In this document: in pieces, positions 50,011-64,000 of the stretch
Position numbering within the stretch: position 1 is the first letter of the stretch
Layout: every line of letters begins with the position of its first letter
Assembly (NCBI RefSeq): GCF_009914755.1
Contig: NC_060930.1
Reading direction: 5' to 3' (one strand)
Length of the DNA stretch: 64,000 nt
DNA from: the human T2T-CHM13v2.0 reference genome, Homo sapiens
Notes under the pieces: generated by a model
Database searches by the model: none
Seen by the model: the letters and a program-made list of their open reading frames with translations, nothing else
What the model was told of the DNA's origin: nothing
Made by a program: the position numbers and the translations under genes

Positions 50011-51954
50011 CTAATGTTCTATGTAGGAAACACTGTTATCAGAGGTGACTACAGCTGAAACTCTTAGAACTGGATAGTTTGTAAGCCAAGGAACAAATAT
50101 CTGTAATCATATCCATGGTAAAAACTGGCTTGCATGAAAAACATTGTTTAGTAAAAACTGTATTGGTAGCTTCAGGTTTGATAGCAAAGAAAGAATCCAA
50201 TTATTTTTGCATGTGGCTTCAAACATGTTTTAAGATATTTTTTCTCAAACTTAGTGTTACAAAGTACAGGTATAATGCAAAAAAAAGGTGAATCACAGTT
50301 TTATAGACAATAGTACTCTAAGTAAGTCACATTATATCTATTTCAGGCAAGACCATAAAAAGAATTTCAAAGTTCTAGTGTCTTCCAACATCTCTCAGAA
50401 AAAATGATGATGTGGCAATTCTGTGGATAAAAAACATGGGAAGGGAAGCGTGTTTTCACCCAGGAGAAACAGTTAAGGACCATGCATTTGCAGTCTTTTC
50501 CATGTCTTTAAGTTCTCACTGGCTGCTAAGATTTATTGCAAAATATTAAAGAACACTGAACCATGCATTATGAACTAAAGAGATTTCACTGCCTGCTGAA
50601 CAAAGCCTAAAATAGTGCATTCATAACTTACAAGTCCTTTTCAAAAACCAGTAAGAAAAATACCATGTCTGATATAGTAATTTAAAGTCGTGGTTAAATT
50701 TGAGCACTTTGGAATATAAAGGCCTTTCATAAATATTAAACAATTTTATTATTTTAATGTTAACCAATAACAATTTTGTCCCCATGAAGTCTAACAGTCT
50801 TCATTCAACTGGAAAAACCAAACACAAAAACCGTTTCTCACAAAAAATGTTTACAAGATATTAATTCAGTTTAGATAATGAATTCATGCTTCTTGAAAGT
50901 TTTTATAACTTGAAAATAGTTATAAATAGTTCTAAAACTAAAACTACATTTGTCAAGTTTTCTTTTAAAAAGCTTAAAGAGTACCAGCAAACGACTCCTA
51001 AAGTAAAAAATCTTGTTAAACCTGCAGATTAACTCATTAACAGTTGTTTAATTCTCCCACTTGGTTTTCTAGCCATTAAACAGAAGCCAGTCACTTCACT
51101 TTTCATCGCAAAACAACTCGTGAATACCTGTCACTACCGTTAAGACACACAGCTTGCTTAAACTTACAGAATGAAAGGGATGCTTAGTCAGACTAATTAT
51201 TTCACTTTACAAATTAGAAAGTCGAAGTTCACGACAAAACCTGTGCAGGAAGTCAAGTTGCCATATTTTTATATTCTGCTAAGTTATTTTCACACTTAAT
51301 TGCTGGGTTAATTGTTGAAAGAATAAATCTATGTATTAAAAACACTCGAAGTAGGCCACATTTTTTCAGCACAATACGATGTTTCCACAAACAAAAAATT
51401 GTTCCATGGAAAGACAAGGAGAGGAAGAAGGCAGAAGGGAGACATCCCACAGGGATTCTTCAGTCCGCTTGGCAGCAGGGGCGGATAACGGGGGTGACGA
51501 TGGGGTAGTTTTTCTGAAATCAAGCCTCCTAGTAACACATACGGGTCAAGCAGGGCGTGAACAAGGCAGATGACCATTGAACAAGACACTCTGATGGCTT
51601 AGATGTGTAGAAAACAAGGGTTTTGGCAAATGAATGAAGACGGACTCCCGGCGTGGAAGCTAAAGACACGTCAGCCCTGAGCGCGAGGGGCTGGGGGTGG
51701 AGCGGAGCCGGAGGTGGCCAAAAGAAACAGCCCGGCTGCGGCGCGCTCGGAGCGCAGCCGTGTCCAGCGCCTCCTCCTGCAGCCGAGGACCCTCCAGTTC
51801 TGGCCGCTCCTGCAGGCGAGGGTCCAGGGCAAGAGGAGCAAGCCCAGCCCTCGGCCGGCCACGAAGCAAGGTCGCCCGGGCACGGCCCCGCGCTCCGCGT
51901 GCAAGGGGCAGGCCGCAGCGGGGTCTCCAGCGCCCGCGGGGACCCCTGCTGCTA

Positions 51955-52259
<305 letters not shown>

Positions 52260-52724
52260 CCGGGCTCCGGGCAGCGAGGGGCGGGACACGTACCGCGCAC
52301 GGGCCTTTGCCACGCCCCTCCCTGGACCAGGGACCGCCGCCGACGTGGCTGCTCAGCGCGGAGAGGTGGGGAGAGCAGGCCACCGGGAAGTCACGTGGCC
52401 GGCTGCTGCCTCTTTGTGGCTCCCGCGAGAGTCCGCCTTCCGCCGCAGTTGCGACCCGGCAGCTTGCGGTTAGCCGTTCTTTCCGCCCAGTTCTTTACTT
52501 CCAATTAATTAGCATTGTCAGTGGTTACTTTATTTGAATGACGATCCTCTTGATAACGGCGATGTAAGGAACATGAGCTGCCTTTATGTGGCACTTAAAA
52601 GCAAAAAATTTTGTTGGAAGAGAGGACATTGTTCAAAGGAAAAACCATGAAAATACACAGTGGAAAATCTTTGTCCCCTGTCTGCCCACACCCTCTCCCA
52701 TGGTTAAGTAATGACAATTCTTAA

Positions 52725-53020
<296 letters not shown>

Positions 53021-53762
53021 GCAATTCTTAAATTCGTATGTGACATTCCAGAATTATAAGTCACCTAAACAGTGTTTTGGTATGTAGTCAGCATTTGTAA
53101 CTATACAATAGGTGCAGCAATGGCTGTCCAGTTTTCTTTAGTTTCCTTTTCATCTATTTTGGATTTGAGTTGCTGGAGTAATATAGCAGTTCATGAAATT
53201 AATCTGAATATTAAGTAATCTTGGTCTGGACCAGAGTGAGATGTCATAAAGATGAGGAAATAAATCATATGCTTACTATTGTCAATCACCTCCTTAGAGC
53301 TGTGCTTTTTCATTTAATTTTCTAAACCTCTCTATGAGCTGGATATTATTTACTGAGGAGAAAACAGACCCAGAGAGGTTAGTAATTTACTCAAAGCTTC
53401 AAAACGCTAGCAAACGGCAGATGCAAGATTTGAACAAGGCTATCTGGTTCCAGATTCCATACACTACTGACCTAGGACATTTGCTGTTCTACTCCTGCAT
53501 TGTTTCCGCTTCAGGTCTCCTTGTCCTGGGGGCTGTAAATGCAGCTTGGACCCACTGCCACCACTACCTACAGTCTGCTAAAGTCACAGCCTGATGGTGC
53601 TGGGCTGAATCAACCAAATTCCACTCTGCCAGGCCACCAGTGGCACCGCTGCTGTGTTGCTGCTGCTACTAGGGCGCCCAGCATAAGTGGAGGGCCTCCT
53701 CTCACTTTGCTGCTGCCTCTGCTCCTGTGCACGCTACCAGTGTTGCCACTCTATGTCAGAGC

Positions 53763-56348
53763 TGTGTCTGGAATAGGGTTCTTGGTCTCACTGACTTTAA
53801 GACTGAAACCGCAGACCCTCGTGCTGAGTGTTACAGTTCTTAAAGTCCAGAGTTTGTTCCTTCATCATGTTCGGATGTGTTCCGAGTTTCTTCCTTCTGG
53901 TGGGTTCATGGTCTCACTGGCTCAGGAGTGAAGCTACTAGACCATCGCAGTGAGTGTTACAGCTGTTAAGGTGTCCATTCCTCCTGGTGGGTTCATAGTC
54001 TCGGTGGCTTTAGGAGTGAAGCTGCAGACCTTCGCGGTGAGTGTTACAGCTCATAAAGGCAGTGAGCAGCAGCAAGATTTATTGCAAAAAACAAAGCTTC
54101 TGAGAGGTGACAGCATGCTGGCAGTACTCAGCCCTCGCTCGCTCTCGGCGCCTCCTCTGCCTGGGCCCCCACTTTGGTGGCACTTGAGGAGCTCTTCAGC
54201 CCACCGCTGCACTGTGGGAGCCCCTTTCTGGGCTGGCCAAGGCCGGAGCCAGCTCCCTCAGCTTGCCGGGAAGGTGTGGAGAGAGGCGTGGGCGGGCGGG
54301 AACTGGGGTTACGCGCGGTGCTTGCCAGCCAGTGCGAGTTCCGGGTGGGCGTGGGCTTGGCGGGCCCTGCAGTGGGAGCGGCCAACTGGGCCAGGCGGGG
54401 GGCAGTGAGGGGCTTAGAACCTGGGCCAGCAGCTGCTGTGCTCGATTTCTCACCGGGCCTTAGCTGCCTTCCCGCGGGGCAGGGCTCGGGACCTGCAGCC
54501 CACCATGTCTGAGCCTCCCCCAACCCCATGGGCTTCTGTGCAGCCGGAATCTCCCCGACCAGCGCCACCCCCTGCTGCACGGTGCCCAGTTCCTTCCACC
54601 ACCCAAGGGCTGATCAGTACAGGTGCACAGGCATGGGACTGGCAGACAGCTCCACCTGCAGCCCCAGTACGGGTTCCACGGGGTGAAGCCAGCTGGGCTT
54701 CTGAGTCTGGTGGAGACGTGGAGAACCTTTATGTCTAGCTCAGGGATTGTAAACACACCAATCAGCACCCTGTGTCTAGCTCAGGCTTTGTGAATGCACC
54801 AATCGACACTTTGTATCTAGCTACTCTGGTGGGACCTTGGAGAACCTTTGCGTCCACGCTCTGTATCTAGCTAATCTAGTGGGGACGTGGAGAACCTTTG
54901 TGTCTAGCTCAGGGATTGTAAACGCACCAATCAGTGCCCAGTCAAAACAGGCCACTCGGCTCTACCAATCAGCAGGGTGTGGGTGGGGCCAGATAAGAAT
55001 AAAAGCAGGCTGCCCTGAGCTTAGCAGCGACAACAGGCTCCAGTTTCTTTCCATGCTGGGAAAATATCTGTTCTTTTGCTCTTTAAGCTCATATTGCCTT
55101 TATGAGTTATAACACTCATTATGAAGGTCTGCAGCTTCGCTCCTGAAGCTAGGGAAATCACGAACCCGCCAGGAAGAATGAATAACTCAAGATATGCCAC
55201 CTTAAGAGCTGTAACGCTCACTGTGGAGGTCTGTAGGTTTACTCTTGGGCTAGTGAGATTACAAGCCCACCAGAAGGAAGAAACTCCGGATACACTGCCT
55301 TTAAGAACTGTAGTACTCACTGTGAGGGTCTGTAGCTTCATTCTTTAAGTCAGGGAGGCTAATGAGCCCCCAATTCTGGACACTGGAGTGGGACCTGAGC
55401 AGGTTGCCACTGATTCAGGCAGCCTGCTTTTTTTTCCGTTTATTTGGCTTCACATTCTGCTGGTTGGTTTATTTTAGAGCTGATTGGTGTGTTTTCAATT
55501 GGTGAGCTAGACACAAAGTTCTCCATGTCCCCACTGGGTTAGCTATACACAGAGTGTCAATTGGTGTGTTCACAAACCCTGGGCTAGACACAGTGCTGAT
55601 TGGTACATTCACAATCCCTTAGTTAGACATTCTCCAAATCCCCACCAGATTAGAGTGCCAATTGGTGCATTCACAAACCCTGAGCTAGATACAGTGTGCT
55701 GATTGGTGTGTTTATAAACCTTGAGTTAGATACAGAGTGCTGATTGGTGTGTTTATAATCCCTCAGCTAGGCAGAAAGATTCTCTAAATCTCCACTAGAT
55801 TCAGGAGCCCAGCTGGTTTCACCCAGTGGATCCCACACCGGGGCTGCAGGTGGAGCTGCCTGCGAGTCCCGCGCGGTGCGCCAGCACTCCTCAGCCCTTG
55901 GGTGGTCGATGGGACTGGGCGCTGTGGAGCTGGGGGTGGCGCTCGTCGGGGAGGCTCAGGCATGGTAGGCTGCAGGTCCCGAGCCTTGCCCCACGGCGGA
56001 GCAGGTAAGGCCTAGCGAGACATAGAGCACAGCAGCTGCTGGCCCAGGTGCTAAGCCCTTCACTGCCCGGACCCGCTGGCCGCTCCGAGTGCGGGGCCCG
56101 CCAAGCCCACGCCCACCCGGAACTCGCGCTGGCCCACAAGCGCCGCGCGCAGCCCTGGTTCCCGCCCGCGCCTCTCCCTCCACACCTCCCCGCAAGCTGA
56201 GGGAGCCGCTTCTGGCCTTGGCCAGCCCAGAAAGGGGCTCCCACAGTGCAGCGGCGGGCTGAAGGGCTCCTCAAGCGCTGCTGGAGTGGGCGCCAAGGCC
56301 GAGGAGGCCCCCAGAGCGAGCAAGGACTGCCAGCACGCTGTCCCTGCT
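53763..56348 (-). mobile_element. Outer LTR12 (ERV9) solo LTR, split into 53763-54100 and 55384-56348
   Basis: Reverse-strand LTR12 end (TGTGTCTGGAAT...TTCTTGGTCTCACTGAC), ATTGG repeats and GC-rich U3; the sequence resumes almost colinearly after the insert. Confidence 0.88.
54101..55383 (+). mobile_element. Inner LTR12C-like solo LTR
   Basis: Starts TGAGAGGTGACAGC, has CCAATC repeats and AGATAAGAATAAAAGCAGGCTG promoter text, ends CCAATTCTGGACAC. Confidence 0.92.
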
Positions 56349-57392
56349 TTGAGGTGACTGTACCTTACAGAGTTCTCCACTGACTCAGCATAATCTCCCT
56401 CCCCTACTTTGAGGCACCCTTTCATGAGTTTCAAATGAGACCTGCTCTGAGCTTGTTGATGTCTGACAGGTGTTTTGACAAATACATCTTTCTGTTTAAC
56501 TTGCTACTCTCTCCTAACACCAAAAACAATTGATGGGAACTGTAATAGATGGTGAAGTTACAGACTTCATGCTGTACTCAAAATCACACCTGCTCTCCAT
56601 CACGGCACCACCGTGTCTTACTGGCTTGCTTTCCCCATTCAGAGGACTGATTACTGAAGGGGACGACGTCTCATTCTTTATGGTAAAGAGATTCCTAGTA
56701 GGTCTGTCTCACCGGTTCTCAGATGTTTAGACGTAGCCTGAACATGTAAGGATAATTTAGTTTAGGCTTAACCTGTGACTTCCACTCCAATGATGATGTC
56801 ATCAATCGATTACTATCGGATTTTATTTGGGACTTGAATTTTACACAACCAGCTACTATTGGTACAACAGGAAAAATAAAGTGTGCCTACTCGAGATATT
56901 ACTGATGTGATGAATTTAGGGAAAATAACATGTAAACAGAAAACAGAAGACCTGTGTGACTGTCCAATTAGTATTAAAAAATGACAGCTGTGATCAAGGA
57001 AGTAAGGGGCTCACCCTGACCAGTGTGCTCACCAATTCTGCATCACTGTGATCCACATTCTTCCCGTAATAAGCAGCTTTTCCTTGGTGCCCACCCAGAG
57101 CTCTCTGCCCTACTTGGTTCCAATCCTTAATTTATGGAATTATGAATTCCATTTACTAATTTATTTAAGTCTTTCCAAATCTCTCCCCATGTCTGTACCA
57201 ATCTCTTTGAAGGGATTTCTTTTCAGGGAATATTCCATATCCTGGTGACTCTCCTTCACAGACCTCAGACAAATCCGTAGTTGATTCTCCACATCTGTCA
57301 TTTCATTCCCTTAGAATGTGTAAAAGCAGAGGATTCTTTCCCTTTGATTACTTAAGATTTCCCTCCACATCACTCACAAATGTGTTTGTTAA

Positions 57393-58788
<1,396 letters not shown>

Positions 58789-59289
58789 TAAAACGATGTT
58801 TAGAGGCCCATCAAAGGCCAACCACCATTTGTGGTTTAGATCCCATCTCCTGCTCAAGGACATGAGATTCTGAAAATAGCCCCCTCTTTTCTCCCTCACA
58901 ATACATTTCTACTTCTCTAATTCATTATTTGAACATCAACAGACAAATATAATATTCCCTGTCTTTAAAAAAAAACTCTCTCGGCCTTGGTTCCCCTTCA
59001 GCAATAGTCTAATTTCTCCGCTCCCTGACACAGTAAAGCATCAGTATTTTACCCCTCCATTTTCTTCTCAGTCTATTCCAACTGTGCTCTTATTTTTAAC
59101 ACTTCACTAAAATTTGCTAGGTCTAATGGCCCTCATGTGAGCCTTTCCTCCTCTCATTCTTGAGCACTTGTTTCTCGAGGCTCACCGACATCCATGCTTC
59201 TGGTTTTCCTTCCACCTCAGCAACCCCTCCTTCTTCTCTGCTTGGCACCTAAATATAGGCCTGCTAGAATGGGCACACTGTCTACTCTC

Positions 59290-59885
<596 letters not shown>

Positions 59886-60299
59886 CTACATAAGGCTGGG
59901 AAACTCACCTGCTTATATTCTGTAAGAGGCCTTAGAGGACACTCCATTTACCAAAGCGATGAGAAATGCACTGGTGAGAGGGGCTGAGAAGAACATTGGT
60001 CAGCTGTGCTCTGGAGGTCTGGGCTCAGGGCAAGAGATGCCGTAATGGAACTGCACTGACAGCAGTGGGAGTAAGGATGGGAATGGAGGCCAGACGGCAT
60101 CACCTAATGGTCAGCAACAATGTGGGCACACTGCTCACAATTCTGCAGGGTCAGAATAGGGGAGAGGGGCTGGGGAACGGGCAAGGGGAGTAACCTGTAG
60201 AGAGTTATGGTAATAGCTGATAAAACGCCTTCCTAGAGGCAAGACAGATGGGCACCCAACAACAGCATTGTTTAGTTTATACAATTAAATAAATCAAGA

Positions 60300-60605
<306 letters not shown>

Positions 60606-60657
60606 TCAAGAAAAACCAGGAGGCTGAGGGCAGTCATCCCAATAAAAAGTTTTGATA

Positions 60658-61645
<988 letters not shown>

Positions 61646-64000
61646 CTCCCCTTCCTCCACTGGGCCTGACCCAATTATCAATCCCAGAACTGAAGCAGAA
61701 GTCAGGTTCCTATGACAAAGAGCCCTGAAGCACCACCACAACTGCCATTTAGTATTGAATACCACCACTACTCCCCTCCGCAGCCAAAATTAAAAATTAA
61801 AAATACAAACCAATCACATCAGTGGGGAATGGTAGAGGTGTGTGTCACCTTCAAAGGGGTGGTGGTCTGTGTTAAATCCCAGTTTAATTTGCCAGCTTGC
61901 CCCTGCAAAAACTAGATAGTTCATAGGAGATGACAGCAGAATACTAAAACTTTCCCAGGTAGCAGCCCCGATGCCTCAAGCTCAAACACAGCAGTTGATC
62001 ACAGTTTGTCCTACCAACCCTTCTCTTGGATGTTCCCCAGGAAGAAGATTGATCAGAATCCTTGGGAAACATGGGGTGGGAGCAGTGACGGACTGCAAAT
62101 AGGATGGAGGAAATTTGGGGATGGGGTGATGGAAATATTGTAAAACTAGATTGTGGTGATTATTGCATGACTATATAAATTTGCTAAAAATCACTGAATT
62201 GTATACTTAAAATAGTTGAATTTTACAGCACATAAATCATCCCTCAATAAAGGGAAGAGTATAGAAAATACATTTATTGGTGGTAATAACTTGTGTATTT
62301 ATGTACTATAGGTTTTATGCCTCTTCTTCCAGTTACCAACACTCTTTCATTAGGGGATCAAATCCTCCCATCAAACAAGTGGAGACATGCCCAGTGGAGC
62401 AGCTTTGCTGTGAAATTTTGAAAATTGAAAACTCTTCTCCCAGCACCTTCTTTGGCCCTTGGCCCCATTTATGATAAGAATCCTCCACTGTATTATAGTG
62501 TTGAATTTTTACCATATTGTGCCCACTAGACTTTTATAAAAATATATTCTAATTGTTCTTCATGCACATTTAACCTTGCTAAATACAGGATGATCTTTGT
62601 CCAGTTTCACACCTTACCCCTAAGGTGCAATCATAATTCATACTAATTCCCAAAGTCCTTTGCAGTTTTTTTCAGACTGGATCTGCTAGATTTGAATTAT
62701 ATAGGCGGCTCACTCTTACCAAGAGTTGCATTTATATAGGCGAATGTTAACGATCTTTGAAAGATAGAACATAATATACAAAACATTTATATCCTTAAAC
62801 AATATTAGCACAGTCCTGTAACTCTTCTTAAACTAGAGTGACTATGAACTTAGTTTCCTAAAACAGATGTTATGGAGGAGCCAGGGTTTGAATCTGAATC
62901 TTATGATTCCCTGTCGAGTGCTCTTTTTCCTATTCCGTACTATCTCTCCTGCATTATAATTTAGGGAAGAATGTGCTAAGTGCCATTAAAAAGTCAGATA
63001 AAACAGACGAAAGAGGCATTTCAGATGAGGATGAGGGTGAGATCTGAATTAGATCTCAAAGGGTACAAATGTTTTAAATATGAGGTACTGCATGGTGGAT
63101 GTGAAGAAAGGAGAGCTTTTAGTGGGCAAGGAAAGTGCATTCCCAAAAAAGGAAACAATATGGGGAAAGGCACAGAAGTTTGGGCCCAGAGCATGGAAGG
63201 CAATGAACACTGACTATGGAGTAAGGATTTGAAAACCTGTCCATAAAATATATTTAAGTGAATTATGACACATATCCATGAAATATTATACAGCCTTCAA
63301 AAATCAGAGTTATGAAGACTGGAGATACAGGAAAATAGCTATCAGAAACACTATGAGTTCAGATAACCTACTTAGGATAGTGTGTGAAAGTGCCTTGTAA
63401 ACTGCAAATAACAATTTTTGGAAGGTTTATCATGGGGAGTGAAAAGAGAGGAACCATGATAGCTTTAGAAAAGAAAAGGGTTGCAGGAAGGATATTTTTT
63501 AAAGGCTAGGGTAGGGTTCAATGAAGAGTTATAAAGGAAGGTGTGAGAAGATACAAATGATTGCCGGAGCAAATCCTCAAGGAGATACGATGGGTCAGAG
63601 TCAAGAGGACAAGAGACCAAACAGACCAGAGGAAAAAAGAGGAAAGTGCGTAAGTCCACAGACGGGAGAGGAAACTGCGTCCCCATGCAATCTCCTGTGG
63701 TGAGAGCCAAAGCTTTACTCTGTGAAGGCAGAAGCTGTGGCTATTTCCAACTTTCACTTCTCTCTTCCGTCCCCCTACTACAAGAAGAGAGTGACACTCC
63801 CGGCCATGAGCTCCCTCAACTTACTACACCACGGCTTATGTTTGCCCTGAACATGCCTGTCCTGATTTCAGAGGAAGAGCTGTCCCTGTCCCTAGGCTGT
63901 GCTGTGGAGCCTAGTCTCTCTTTTCTCCTCTGACATCTTGCTTCATCAATGATCCCTCTCTCTCCTTGATCTTCAGTCTCTTCCCTGATCACTTCTCAGC

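Noticed and set aside
53539-56434. ORFs of 100-150 aa on both strands
   Set aside because: They lie almost entirely in LTR12 sequence; no gag/pol/env.

Overview
Human (primate) genomic DNA, very Alu-rich, containing the complete SSR1 gene (TRAP-alpha, translocon-associated protein alpha) on the minus strand. From recall this is 6p24.3, between RREB1 and CAGE1; neither neighbour is inside the window. I traced 8 coding exons with GT-AG boundaries (52182 to 28925; 79+113+88+263+77+79+94+68 = 861 nt = 286 aa + stop), a CpG-island promoter, a 15-nt cassette microexon in intron 7 and a ~8.7 kb long 3' UTR containing inverted Alus. The most interesting signal is a probable decayed six-exon gene on the PLUS strand (ATG at 1118; exons at 3928, 15105, 16759, 19495 and 20781; AATAAA at 21965). 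It is convergent with SSR1 and overlaps its distal 3' UTR. Its splice phases join consistently once a few frameshifts are allowed, and it gives a protein-like product I cannot assign to a family, so it is a candidate unitary pseudogene that the ORF track does not show. Also present: a 28-copy 41/37-bp VNTR apparently born inside a MIR, a ~250 bp pure-AT palindromic tract, and an LTR12 inserted inverted into another LTR12 just upstream of SSR1. Repeat boundaries and subfamilies were called by eye and are approximate.
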